Of a DNA stretch of 64,000 bases, positions 13,686 through 26,386 are shown piece after piece (positions within the stretch are counted from its first letter, which is position 1; every line of letters starts with the position of its first letter). A program made the position numbers and the translations under genes. The DNA lies in NCBI RefSeq assembly GCF_000372725.1, contig NW_005202303.1, forward strand, positions 310,001 through 374,000, read 5' to 3'. The notes under the pieces are model-generated. The model saw only the letters and a program-made list of their open reading frames with translations. It had not been told where the DNA came from and ran no database searches. This stretch comes from Emiliania huxleyi CCMP1516 (taxonomy: Eukaryota).

Positions 13686-14636
13686 AGCCGGTTTCGGGCC
13701 AGCTGGGCCGGCGGGCGGCCTTCGTTTCGAAAAAAAGAAATTTTTGGGCAAGAGAATAGCTAGTGATCTGATCACCCGAATACCACGTTCGGATCGCTCC
13801 TCATCGCAAACCCTGTCAGCAGTTCACCCTCGGGTACTGAGAGTATGTTCGTAAGAGCTACATACACTGAAAGAGAATGAGGACATGCGGAGGCCGCACC
13901 TCTAGCGAAGTGGGAGACTACATACTCATCGCCCTAGCTTCGCCGCCAGCGCCGCGATCGCCGCCCGCAGCTGCTCCCGCTCTCCAGCAGGCAGTCATGC
14001 CGGCGTCGCGCTGGGCCTGGTCGGTGCGCTGGCGCTGCAGCAACGATTAGTGCAGCCCACTCCACCGGCAGATGTCGGCCGACGACGCGGCATCGCCGGA
14101 GCTCTTGGCACGCTTGGGAGCTGGAGCGGCCGCGCCCTCGCCCCGGTGCTTCAAAGACGCGTGCATACGGTGGACCTGCTGTGCTCGGGCCAGTTCCGGA
14201 ACACTTCAGGCACGCGCGCGCCACACAAACACGCCCCGTCGGCCGTTGAAGCTGGCTTAATCTTCCGTTTTCCTCTACTGGAACCCCGCGCGCCCTGTGA
14301 CAGCTGTGAATTCGCGAGAGGTGTGCGTGACACCTGACACTCACTCAGACGTCTCATGTTGTCGGAACACGACATGTCGGCATCGAGTCTCTTTCCAGCA
14401 CGGCATCCCGCCGAGAAGATCCGCCGCGCAAACGATGAGCCAACAAGTTCGAAGTTGCCGGCCGATGCCCCCACCCGCTCTCCCATCCCGGTGCTCGATT
14501 CGCAGCTCTGTGCGCACAACCCACATGCTGGCCTGCAGCAGGCTAGCGCTCAGGCAGCGGCGCCACTGTTGCCCGCCTCGTTCTCGTTCAGGAGCGCCTA
14601 AAGCGGCAGTTGCTCGCAACGTGTAGAGAAGGCCTC

Positions 14637-17273
14637 TCAGGGCTCTGCGGGCCGGGCAGCTAGGAGCGCAACCTCGTCGCTCTTGGGCAACTTAGCCGGC
14701 GACCGCTCCTCGGCGGCGGCCTCGGCGTCTGCCTTGCGCTTGTTGGCACACAGCGCCTTCGCCTCCACAACCGTGGGCGACCCGACCGGGTCCTTGCGAG
14801 CGCGCTCGGAGGTGGCCTCATCGCCCCCACCCGCATCCAGCGACGCCTGGGTGCCCGACTTGCAGCTGCTTGGATCGTTGGGGTTGCCAGCGCCCTCCAC
14901 GACAGCGGCACTCAACGGGCCCGAGGACGGCGACGCCACCTCGTCCATGTCGACGAGCAGCGTCTCGGCGGAGAGAGCTGGGCGAGCGGCCGCCGTATCA
15001 ATCGCAGCCACAGGCTCTGCAGGCTCGACCTATGATGCATCATTGGAGCGGTCCGAGTGTGTGGGCTCTTGGGCTGCAGCACAGATGGAGATTGCCCCCG
15101 CCGTCCCCATCTCCGTGTCCTCGGCCAGCGAGGGCGCTGGCGGGATCGCGCCAAAAATGGTGACCGCGCGCTTGGGGGCGTCGCCGCCTGTACGTGGCGA
15201 GCTGCTCCGCAGGGCTTCATTCGCCAGGGCAATTTGCTCGGGTGTGGTCGGCCGCGGCATCGGTGGAGGCAACGCCACGGACGGGATGTCATGCTCCGCG
15301 AGGCTCGGGGGCGCGGCATCGAGGGCGAGTGGTGCAGGAGCACTCACGGGAGTAGGCTCCTGCGCAGCCGCGGCGGCCGCATCCGGCGCAAGTTCCGCGG
15401 GGTACGCGAGAAAGAGCTCAAGCGACTTGCTCTCCTCGGGCATGCCAAAGCTCGCGTCAGCCTCTCCGCCGCCGTCTTCCTCTCCTGGCGGCGGCGCCGC
15501 CGCTTCCGCAGCACTCTCCGGCGCCTGCTCGGCAGCCTCGCGAGTCGCATCTGCCTCGGCGGCGGCGGCCGCAGCCGCAGCCGCAGTCGGATCGGTCGTC
15601 ACCACGTCCACGAAAGTGGCCGCCGCCGCGGCCTCCGGCACGGGCAACTGCGGCGGCACCGGCAAAGAGTAGAAGGGTGACGCCGTGACGTCCACCGACT
15701 GCTGCAGCGCGTGTTTCACAGCCTTCGTGATGGGCTGCGGCCGGATCGTCGCGCTCGCCGCAAACGGGGGGCCGTCGACAAGGACGGGCGGCTGTGCCGC
15801 AGGCGCGACAACGGACGGAGCCTCCTTCGAGAGCGACGCCTCCTCCACGTGGGCTGCCTCAGCTTGCCGCGCCACCACAGCCTCGGCTGCCTCAGCCTCC
15901 TTCTCCACAGCCTCTGCCTCTGCCTCTGCCTCTTCCGCCGCCTCTTCCGCCGCCTCTGCCGCCGCCTCCGCCTCCGCCTCCGCCTCCGCTGCCGCAGCAG
16001 CCTCCCCCGCTGCCTTGCGCCGCGCCGCTTCTTCCTGCCGTACCCGCTCCGCCTCCGCCGCAGCCTCCACAGCCGCCTCCTCATCTCGCTTGTCTTGCGC
16101 GGCCCGCTCGGCTGGCAGGGGAGGCGATGGGGGGTCCGGCTGAAGCAGAGGGCGGGACAGCGACCCAGTGTCGTCGAGCTGCTGCAGCGCTTCCTTGGCG
16201 TGTGGCTGCGGAGCGACGGCACTTGCTGAAAGCGAGACCATCTCCTCGTGGACTTGCTTGAACTCGTCTTCTGTCGGCTTGATCGCGCTTGGTTTCTCCT
16301 CGACCTGCATCGGCACCGCCGGCCGCGGCAGCGGTGGCGCTCGCATGAGCTGGGCGATGGAGGGCTCTGAGCGAGCGAGCCCGATGATGCGCTCGTCGGC
16401 CGAGGGGGGGGAGGCCGTGCCTATTAGCGGAGCCACTGATGTGCTCACTCGTGTATGAGCCAGCAGAGACCACTTGGCTGCAAGGGGCTCTCCATCTCCA
16501 CCGGACTGCGTCGATGCCACCCGACGAGGCAACGAGAATGGTCTGCGCAGCATCGCAAGGTCCTCCGATGGGGCCATCGTGGGTGCGGCCTGGGCGGCGA
16601 CTGGCAGCGGAGGCGGCGGGCCAGCGGGCGGCGGGAGCGGAAGAGGCGACGAGAGGGGCACATTCCGGAGTGGGTCGTCCTGGGAGAAGGTGGCCAACCC
16701 CGAGAGCTTGAGAACGGCCTGCTCGGCGGTGTGCGAGGGCGTGGAGAGGAGGTAGGTGGAGTTGCGCGTGAAAACGCGTCGATGGTCCACTCGGACGAGC
16801 GCCGAGGTGCGCTTGTACTCGCCACGGTCGAAAGGGCCGGAGCGGAACGTGCCCGCGAGGCACACCCGGAGCTCACCCGCGTAGTGGACCTGCTCGATCG
16901 ACCACGCGGTGATGGAGGGCGTCCCGGCCCGCGCGACCTTGTCGGCCGGAACACGAGGCGATGGAGGGGCCTGCCGCTGCGGGTCGTTATTGGACAGCGT
17001 GGCCCCCATCGAGTAAGCAGCGGCGAGATTTTCGTGGCCCTCGATGACTGCACGCACCACCGATGGCGCCAGCTTGAGCATCGAGCCGTAGCGAGTGACG
17101 AGACCGACGGCGAGGAAGTCATTGACGGTGCGCTCGGTGCGCGGAAGCAGCAGTGCTGCGAGCTCGCGCGGGTGCACGGAGATGCAGCTCATGTCCAAGT
17201 CGCCGCTCTCGCAGAAGGCGCGCGCCGCATCAAGAAGCGCGTCGATGTCGACGTCGTCGAGGAGGATTTTCAT
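14637..17273 (-). CDS. Large low-complexity (Ala/Glu/Pro) protein with an N-proximal SANTA-like beta domain; further 3' exons possible to about 13934
   Basis: 816-aa ORF, probable start MKILLDD at 17273, containing ITAWSIEQVHYAGELRVCLAGTFRSGPFDRGEYKRTSALVRVDHRRVFTRNSTYLLSTP. Downstream exon 14637-15011 has a KRK NLS-like motif. Confidence 0.6.
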
Positions 17274-17500
17274 CGTGGCGAGGAAGAGGTTGACCGCAGA
17301 CGGAGTCCCTGCGAGGCGCCGATCGGCACGCTCTGAGCGCCGATTTAAAAAATCCGGCGGTGAGAAGAAACTACAAAGGGTGCGCTGCGCGCTGGCCCAC
17401 ACAGGCCAGGAAAAGATCCCTGGGAAACGTTGATTCCTCTTTGTCGACGACTGTGCATGTGCATGTCCCACCCCGCGCACGGGGAGCGGTCCCGCATGTG

Positions 17501-19079
17501 TGAGAGATTTTTAGCAATACCAAACAACTCTAACACTCACATGTCATTTGGGGCCTGGAGCCCTGTTCACGCGCGCGCGAGACGTGCAGACAGGGTTGCC
17601 AGGTGAGAGCGAATGGCGCGGTTCACGCCTCGCACAACAGAGAGAGAGATGCGCTCTGCATGGTGGGACATAAAAGAGAGCGAGTACTTGGGCGAGTAGG
17701 CCGTGCGGTCAACGCTGCCGCGCGCGACTTTGCGCGCGAGGCGGCGCAGCTTGAGAACAGCGGTGGGCGAGAAGCCGCCGCCGAACGTCTCGTGGAGCAG
17801 CAGGTTGAAGTTGTTGCGCTTGACAAAGATCGCGTCGTGGTAGAAACCGCGATGCGCCTTGACGTAGCCGTGGCCGGTCTTGTGGGAGAAGGGTTGGCCG
17901 GGCTGCCCGCGCGCCTTGCAGCCCATGTTTAGGCGGCGGGCCTTCTCTTCGGTGTTGCCAAAGGCGTAGGAGTGGCCAACGGAGGCGGGCGTGCCGCCAC
18001 TCGAGGCGTTGCCAACGCCCGGCGAGGAGGTCTTGAGGAGGGGCGTCCAGAGCTTGATTTCATTCACGTCATCGCACCCTCCCGGGCCAGCGTGGGGTTC
18101 CGCGAGGTCGACCTTGTACCCCTCGTTGTACTGCCGGGTGAGCTCTGGTTTCTCCTTGTCGCCGTGCACGACCGGCGCGTTGGCCGGGGCGCGCATCGCG
18201 TCCGCCCAGGCGGCGAGGACGCCGTCGTGGGGCCGCCGGTGGTGGGCCTTGTTGTAAAGGTAGTCGCCGAAGAAATCGACTGGCATGCCCCGCTCGAGCG
18301 CGACCCGAAGGGTGGGAAGCGCCGCGGAGAGCCAAAGGCCGAGCTTTCGCTGGAGCTCGTCCTGGAGGGTGTCGGAGGAGAGGGCGGTGGCGTACGTACC
18401 GTCGACACGGACATCGAAGGCCTTGCCGGCGAAAGGCGTTGAGGCGGAGACGAAGCGCGCGGCTTCGCGGTTGTTGACGGCGCTGTCTCCGAGGGATGGG
18501 TTGTTCTTGACGTGCACATCCCGCGCCTTGACGAGCTCCTGGTGCTTGTGATTCTTGATGGCAGCGAGCGCCCGCGGCCGCGGGTACGTGGATTTGCAAG
18601 TGCCATTGAGAATCGCGTCGGTAGCTGGAAGGGACTCGGGCTCGGGGAGCGGGACGCTCTTGGGGTAGAACTCAGTCAGGTAGCCGCCGCGGACGGTGTA
18701 GTACTTGTTTTTGTCGCGGGCGGCGCGCTTCTCGCACACCTCCTTCCAGTCCGAGAGGGCGGACTCGTAGGTGGCGATAGCTGCGGCGATGGTTGGGTAC
18801 TTGGACGCACCTCCCTCGTCGAGGGCGAAGTCGGGGTTGTGGGCGACGAGGGTGCGCCAGTTCTTGAGGAGCGACATGGAGAAGTCGCTGTCGGCTCGCG
18901 AGAAGGCGGTGTCGATGTTGCACCCGCCCATCTCGGTCGGCAGCTGCGCCTGGAGCCACGCGAGGTCGCGGAGCGCCTGGGGCGAGGCGTCGGCGCGAGC
19001 AATGCTCTCAAAGGACTTGCGGATGCGGTTGTGCGCAAACTCGAGAGCCTCGCTTGTGTGTCGCTTGTGTTTTGTTTGT
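17501..19079 (-). mobile_element. 5'-truncated non-LTR retrotransposon, RLE (CRE-like) type, subfamily A
   Basis: Open ORF ending at 17567 with QAQLPTEMGG (RT-thumb LPxxxGG), RRPHDGV, VD..NEIK (PD-(D/E)xK), LLHETFGG and HHAERISLSVVRG. 8-bp direct repeat CGCATGTG at 17493-17500 and 19080-19087. Confidence 0.78.
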
Positions 19080-19643
19080 CGCATGTGCGGTCTCGTTGAT
19101 TGTGCAGGGATCTCATGAGGGATCTCTTTGTGGGGCTTGGTCGCGCGCCGACTAGCTTTCTTTCTCGCACGTGTCATCCCCAAACGCGGGGAGACATTAC
19201 GTGTGCAGGTTGTAAACACTTCTGCGTTCTGGAAGGCGGGTTGATTCAGCAGCTGCAGTCAGGTTGGATGGAGTGACCCTGCACACTCACTTATCGATCG
19301 CGAGAACCATTGTGTGTTTTGATAAGAGACGGAGCCCGGGGCGTCCTCCACTTTCTCTCGCATCCATGAGAAGTCTACACAGGGGTAGCGCCGCCCTCGC
19401 CACCTCCAGCGCCGGTACTGGTGTACAGCACCTCAAATCTCCATGCACTCCTCATTCTTTCTTGCTGTCCGCGTTGTTGACATAGACGCGCAACGTGGCT
19501 GACCAAGCTCATACAAAAGGATGCGAGCCCTCGGAAAGAAAAAAATGTCGAAGGGAGTTCTTATGAAATGCTGATGGAAAAAATCACGGAAAAGCCTCAA
19601 AAGGAAAAACCACATAACGGGCGCCCGTCCCGGCTGTGAACGA

Positions 19644-20279
19644 CTTCTGACTGTCGTTGCTGTCCATCCCTTTCTCGACTGTCTGAGCTTGTGCGTCTTG
19701 GGTCCGGGGTTGTGTTTTTGTGTGAATGTCCCACCCCCTTGCGCGCGGGCCTTCTAGGCCCGCGGGTAGTCTCCCCCCATCCCCAGGGCCTCCAGGGCTC
19801 GCACCTCAACCTCTCACAGACCAGCGCATAGCGCCATAGGACGTATTTTCTTCTCGTACATGTGCATAGGAACATTCCTACACATGTCACAAGGCTGTGT
19901 GAACACCTCAACCTCTCACAGGCCAGCGCACAGCGCCATATAGGAGGTATTTTCTTCTCAATAACAAGGCTGTGAACGCCGTCGACCGCACCGACTACGG
20001 CACAGCCTCCGGCAGCGCCCGGGGCTTCGCCCAACACCACTCGCAACAGCTCTCGCGCGCCGCCGTCAGTGGCGATGCGCAAAACATCAACAACGCTGCT
20101 CGCAACATGCGTGTCGCGCACTCATTCATGACCGGTCTCAATGCCCCACCCCCCTGCGCGCGGGCCTTCTAAGCCCGCGGGTAGTCCCCCCCCCATCCCC
20201 AGGGTCTCCAGGGCTCGCACCTCAACCTCTCACAGGCCAGCGCACAGCGCCATAAGAGGTATTTTCTTCTCAATAACAA
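19644..20279 (+). mobile_element. Cluster of three stacked 3'-end fragments of an RLE retroelement, subfamily C
   Basis: The 3' UTR ...CACCTCAACCTCTCACAG.CCAGCGCA.AGCGCCATA...GTATTTTCTTCTC occurs three times. The longest copy encodes VDRTDYG...FAQHHSQQLSRAAVSG, homologous to the C-termini of A and B. GGCTGTGAACGA occurs at 19632-19643 and 20280-20291. Confidence 0.72.
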
Positions 20280-20326
20280 GGCTGTGAACGAGCGCGAGGC
20301 GGCGCCATCGAGGCGTCGCCATTTAG

Positions 20327-20893
20327 ATGCTCGTCTTCATCACCACCAGTGCCACCTACCAGCTTGCAGCAGTGGTGATCAGCCGACCTGGCTGGCCCTC
20401 ATCGGCTCGCTCGCTCATCGTTGCGGCCGCACCGCCGGGGCCACCGACCGCAAACTCCGACGAGTTGTTTGCGGGCATGAAATCGCCGGTGCCTCTCGAG
20501 TCGCCGGAGGGACAGGCCGCTCTCGCGCGTCTGCAGAGTGAGGGGGCCGCGCCGCCCGGGCCTCCGACAGCTAACGCCGACGACGTCTTTGCGGGAATGA
20601 AATCGCCCATCCCTCTCGACTCGCCAGAGGGACAGGAGGCACTGGCGCGCATGGGTGTCAATGCCGCCAGCGTGCCGCCGGCGTCTGCTCCTGCCAGCCC
20701 GGGACCGCCGCCTCCAGCAGCACTGATTCCGGACGAGAAGTTGTACCCGATGCCCGTGGTTCCGGGCGAGACATCACAAATCTTCCTGCCCTTCCTGCCC
20801 TTTGGCATCGCCCGGAGCGCCTTTGCAATCAGCGCTGGCGCCACCGCCGTAATCTTGGGCCTGCTCTTGTACCTGCTATCTCTGACCAGCTAG
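20327..20893 (+). CDS. 188-aa protein with a signal/transit-like N-terminus, two ~39-aa repeats and a C-terminal TM helix
   Basis: AAPPGPPTAN(S/A)D(E/D)(L/V)FAGMKSP(V/I)PL(E/D)SPEGQ.ALAR occurs twice. Hydrophobic C-terminus. Confidence 0.7.
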   Translation: MLVFITTSATYQLAAVVISRPGWPSSARSLIVAAAPPGPPTANSDELFAGMKSPVPLESPEGQAALARLQSEGAAPPGPPTANADDVFAGMKSPIPLDSPEGQEALARMGVNAASVPPASAPASPGPPPPAALIPDEKLYPMPVVPGETSQIFLPFLPFGIARSAFAISAGATAVILGLLLYLLSLTS

Positions 20894-21225
20894 CAGACCG
20901 CATTCGAACGCACGTGGCATGCAACACCGGCACCGGCACCGGTAGCTCTCGCCCGGTTGCGTATAACACCGATAACCGTCGCGCATACTTTTGAGACCGG
21001 TCGGCTGCCAAAAATAACTCACAGGGTCTCATACGCGAGAACATCTAGACTCCTGTACAGTACGACACAATTTTATTAACACCGCCCCGCGCGTCGGACG
21101 CATGAGATGGTCTGAGGGTTCGACGACGGCCCGTCGTCGGACGTCGCAGGCCGCCGCGCGTCTGTGCGGGTGTGCGGCCTGCGCCGTGCGCGCCAAGATG
21201 CGCCACCCCCCGCGAGAGAGCCCAG

Positions 21226-24200
21226 TCACGTGGCCTCCTCGACGCCGCGCGGGGTGCGGAGGTGGGGCAGCTCCTCTGTGCCCTGGAGCAGCGCGGCCTC
21301 GTCGGAGAGGAGCGACTCGACATTCTCGAAGTGGACGCCTGCAATCAACACTTGGAGTCGTAAACTCGTCCGGGAGGACTCTCGACACTCTCGAAGCGGA
21401 CGCCCTGCGGCTTCAGGCCCGGAGGCAGCTGCAGCGCGAGCGTCTGCTGCACGCCCGGCTTGATGAGCCGTGTCACGTCGGCCCAGTGGCCGATGAAGCG
21501 CGCCCTGGAGGGGGCGATCGTGTTGTACGCCTTGCGCATCAGCAGAGGCGTCCCGTCGATGGAGCCCGCCGCGTTGAAGGAGTCGTTGAGCAGCGGCTTG
21601 TACCTATCGAGGTTTCGTACTAATGACGTCCTTCTGGGCACTTTGGGCGTCGGTATGTGTGTGTATGTCTCCTGGTCGTGGATGTGTCTCACTGTGTGTT
21701 CTAGGCCCATTTGAGCATATACAAGGCTTGTGCTTCGCCCAGATCAGCAGCCGCCCCGGCGCGAGCCACGGCACGTTCGCCTCATCGTTGGAGTTGGGGT
21801 CGAGGTCGTACGACAGATCGTACGACCGGTTGCGCGCCTGTTAGGACACCGCCGGGGCTGTGAGCACACGTCGGCTGCGTCTCGGGTGGACGGGTGGCAC
21901 GAGCGGCCGCTCGCCGCGAGCTGCTCCAGCACGGCCGCGGGCACGGAGAAGGTCCCCGTCCAGCGGCCTCCCGAGAAGCCTCCCGCCGCGACAATCTCGT
22001 GCGCGCGGCCAAACCGCTCCCCCGCCCACGCGCCTCTGATCCGGACGGCGGGCGGGCGGCCGTCGAGGGGGGGTAGTGCGTCGAAGCGCACGACCTTGCC
22101 GTTGAGCGTCGCGCGCGAGACCGCGCCAGGCCCGTGCGGCGGCAGCAGGACGGTGAGCTCTGCCGCCGCTCCCTGCTCGCCCACCACGCGGTCGAGCGAG
22201 AGCGCGCCGTCTGCGGAGAGGGAGGCGGCGCCGGCGGCGGCGCCGAGCACGAGCGGCGCGACCTATTGGGGAGGAGGATTACTCAACCATTCGTCGCAGA
22301 TTGAAAGCCCTACACGAGCGTGAGCGCAACCAGCGACGCGCCGTCGAACGGCTCGAGCTCGAGGGCGAGGGCGGTGGTGGGCGGCACCGTCAGGGCGAGG
22401 GCGTCTCCAGCCCGGAGCAGCTGCCGCGCCCACCCGCCTGCGGGCTCCGGAGGAGGAATTCACGGACAATTAAGTAATGAATAGGATCTGACTAACCCCC
22501 CCCCCCCCCCCTCCACCTGCGGGCTCTGAGCGGTCCGAGCTGCCGATCTGGCGCAGCAGCAGCAGCCCCGGGACACCGGAGGAGGGGTGCGGTGGCGAGC
22601 AGCCGAGCGACGCATCCAGCGCCAGGGAGAGGTTGAGCGGGGTGGCCGTCGGGCTGAAGGCAAAGATTGCCCCGGTGCAGCTCCCGTCCTGCCGCAGCAG
22701 GCTCACCCCGTCGAGGCTGCCGGCCGCCGGGCGGCTGGTTGAGGGGAGCACGCGCGTGGAGGCGACCAAGTCGCGGCTCCGGTCCGCCCACTCCAGCCAC
22801 TGGCGGAAGAAGGCGACGTCCTCCGCCGGGAAAGCGGCGAACTCGCCCTCGTCGCGCGCGGGCAGCATGTTGAGCACCTGTCGATCACGATTACCAGTCA
22901 CTAACTAATAATTGACTCGTCGCGCGTAGCATGTCGAGCGCCAAGTTGGCGCCCCCCGTGCCCACCGCAGACAGGAGGGAGTAGCGGTAGCCGAGGAGGT
23001 CGAAGTCGCGCCTGCTCACCGGCGACGGCGTCAAGAGACGCCGTTCACACCCACGGCGACAGTCGGGCAAGTCAAAGTCACGCGCCGGCGCGACAGCTCT
23101 GCGCACCTCCCCGTCCCACCGCCGCGCGGGCAGCCAGGCCCCGCCGTCACATTCTTCTGCGCCGGCGACACGTCGCGGTCGGTCTGGTGCAGCGCGAAGC
23201 CAGGCACGACCTGTGCATGGGGAGTGTGTTGATGCTTTCATCATTGATGAATGGTCAAGAGCGCGAGGCCGGGGCGGCACTTCTGCGGGTGCGAAGCTCT
23301 GCACGCGGTACGACCACGCGGTCTCGCGCTGCCTGAGATCAGCCGGGATCAGCCGAGATTAGCCGAGATGATCATCTGACCAGGCGAGCTCCGCCGTCTC
23401 GCGCTGCCGGTTCGCGGAGAGGCGGTCCGTCTTGAGGTCCGCCTATCAACAAGTAGCCGCTGTCAAAGTCTTGTTGCTCGAGGCGGTCCGGTCCGACTCG
23501 CGGCCCGCCTCGTAAAACATCCACGAGCCCGGCTGCTCGTCGGACTGGAGCGGCTCCGCGTACGTCCCTCCCTCGGCCCACATCCACGGGCCCCAGGCGT
23601 GGTTCGCCTGCCGGTTGTCCACGACGCACTGCCTGCCCGCGCACGCCTTCGGCTGCTGCAGCGCCGCAAGGATGGCCCGCCAGCCACTCCACTGCGCGTA
23701 CTGGCTCCTCCACGGCCTGCCGCCTGGCGATCCCTGCTCGAAGTACGTGTAGTCAAACGAGAAGCCTCCGGCGCCCGTCTGGTCAGCGAAGCGGCGCATC
23801 GTCTTCGGCAGCCACTGCTGCAGGGCGGGGGACGCGAGGTCCGACCGCATCGGCCCGAGCCCGAGCCGCTTCGTCGCGAGGTCGGAGGAGGAGTACGTGC
23901 CGTGGACGACCCATGGAGGGCTTGCCCCGCCCGGCAGAGTGCCCGCGAGGAAGGCGAGGATCGGGTAGACGTACGCCACCGGCCGCACGCCACGCAGCCT
24001 GACGCGACCACCTCTTGTGACCGCCTCTCGTGGCTTACTGGCCGCACGCTACGAAACCTGGAATGCAGTCCGGCGGTCTCAAGTGCGATCTCCCGCTTCT
24101 CGGCTAAGCTCGCCGGAAGTAGTCGAGCATCTCGGTGAGCGAGGCCGGCAGCGGGTCGCCCGGAGCCCACAAGCCCATGCGAAGCCGCTCTCCCATCCCG

Positions 24201-25222
24201 AACCACAGGACCTGCTCACGAATCGATGATCATTCATGGATCGTTACCGCCCCCCCCCTCCCGGAAGACCTGCTCCCAGCCCCAAGCGTCCGTGCCGTTG
24301 CCGATGCTCGAGACATCCGAGTTGCCTATCGACAACTCAGGCGTTCTGACACACATTCAGTGCGTTGCCGATGCTCGCGAGATTCGGAGTTGCGAGGCGC
24401 GAAGAGGATGCTCTCGATGCCGAGCGACGCGGCGCGGTCGATGATGCGCTTGTACTCGGCGCGGCCTGCTGCCGTCGAGATGTCGATCTGGAAGTCATTC
24501 TCGCACCAGCCGACGTTGATCTTGACCGAGCTCGCGCGTTGCGGCGCTGCGATCGCCGCCCGGACGCATCGCTGCATCGCTGCGTGCTCTGCCTCGTCGA
24601 GCGGTTGCGCGGGAGGGGCCATTTTCCGTTGCGTGAGCAAGTGAAGGCCGATGTGCGCTCTGTCGGCGGAGAAGGGCGCCGCCGGTGCCACCGGCATCAT
24701 CGGCTCGTAGCTCAGCGTGACGCCTCCGCCGCCGTGAGGCGTCGCCGTGAGGAAAGGGTTGCGGGCTGTGATCAGCGCGCCGGTGGTAGACCACCGCGCG
24801 AAGAGGGCAAAGTCCTTGAGGCCCGCGGGCGAGCGAGCGACTACACTCTCGGCGGGCGCGGCACCGTCGAGAAGCAGCCGAGCACCAGCAAAGAGCGTCA
24901 CATTTGTCACGTTGTGGGCGTGCCGCGCGCTGGAAACCGTGAGCTGCTTGCTGACGAAAGCGTCCGTGACCGAGTAGGCGACGTGTACCGTGAGGTCGCC
25001 CGCCGCGGAATAGCGGTAGGTCGGCTGCCCGTGCGCGTCAAACGTCCTGGTCGGCACCGGAAGGCTCGACGACAGGATGGTGCTAGTGCCGTTGAGGCTC
25101 AGCGCAAAGGCGTCGCCCTCGACATCGAGGACAGACGCCGTGGCGAGTAGCACGAGTGACGCGAGCCCACGCTCGTCGAAGGTGGCGTTGAGCAACGCGC
25201 CGGCAATGGCACTAGAGGCCAT
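21226..25222 (-). CDS. Multi-exon putative glycoside hydrolase (clan GH-D / alpha-galactosidase-like architecture, family unassigned)
   Basis: Beta-sandwich-like N-terminus, then KINVGWCENDFQIDI..EYKRIIDRAASLGI, GVRPVAYVYP, GGFSFDYTYF and DNRQANHAWGPWMW..EPLQSDEQP. Last exon GVHFENVES...EEAT*. Confidence 0.6.
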
Positions 25223-25390
25223 CAGGGGCTCGGCGGGGGCGGGGGCGGGGGCTCTAAGCTAGCCAAGAGAGGTGTTCGGTAGGTAGATGGCTTCCGATCG
25301 GCAAAGAGCGTTCTTTTATGAAAAAGCTCCCGGGTGTTTTATGAAAAAGAAAAACTCTGCACTCACCCTCACCTCTCCACCTCTGCCGCG

Positions 25391-26321
25391 ATGCCGGAGC
25401 CGGAGCCTGCTGCCGACGAGCCCCCGAGGAAGCGCTCGCGCTGGGACAGCACGCCCGGCGAGGGCGGCGCGGTCGCCAACGGCGCGGCCGCGGCGGCGAT
25501 GTCGCAGGGCCTCGCCGCCGCCAAGCTGGCGGCGCAGGAGGCGCTGTCCAAGGCGCAGGCGGACGTGCAGACGCAGGCGCTGCGCGCCGCCCAGATGCAG
25601 CACGCGGTGCAGGTCGGCCTCTCGAGCCTCGCCGCCAAGCCCGACGCGGCCGCTCCGAAGCCGTCGCTCGTGACGCTCGACGCGAGCGGGCGGCTGATCG
25701 ATGAGCGGGGCAAGGAGATCAAGGCGGGCGGGGCGGGGTCGAACGCGACGCTGCGCATCAACCAGACCACGAGCGCGCCCAAGAACCCGCTCCTCGAGGG
25801 CTCCGCCGCCGTGCCCGACATCGCGTCCAAAGCCGACGGCAGCCGGAACCCGTACTTTGACCCGCGGATGGCGGTGCCAGGGGCGGGGCGGGACGCGAGG
25901 AAGAAGCGGGCGCTCAACTTCGTGGCCGAGGGCACCTTCTCGCGCAAGGCGGACGAGATGCGCGCCAAGGTCGCCGTCGAGCAAATGCTTCGCGACTCGC
26001 GGACCAAGCAGCCGGGCAGGCGAGAGACGCGTCCGAGACGTCCCTCACGCCAAACACTCACCAACGCGCCTCCCGCCCCTCCCTCCCTCCCCACCCCGCT
26101 GACACTGTTTCCCCTCCTCCCTCCTCCCGCCGACACCCCTGCCCCTCCCCCCTCCCCCCCCAGCTCCTCCCCCCTCCCCCCGCTCCCCTCCCCAGGCTAG
26201 CCGCACAGCCGCTGCTGCTGCAGAGCGAGGCGCGCCCGTCCGACGGGCTCGCGGCGCCGGTGATGTCCGCCGCCACGCTCAAGCTCGAGCTGCAAAAGGT
26301 GCCGCCGAGGGGTGGGACTAG

Positions 26322-26386
<65 letters not shown>

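Noticed and set aside
19180..19225. Weak similarity (FTTC..NVSPR) to the 33059-33097 motif
   Set aside because: Only about 11 contiguous identical nt, which is not enough to claim homology.
19632..20291. Repeat-spacer-like pattern (possible CRISPR)
   Set aside because: The repeats are about 12 bp, the spacers are homologous to each other and of unequal length, there are no cas genes, and the context is eukaryotic.
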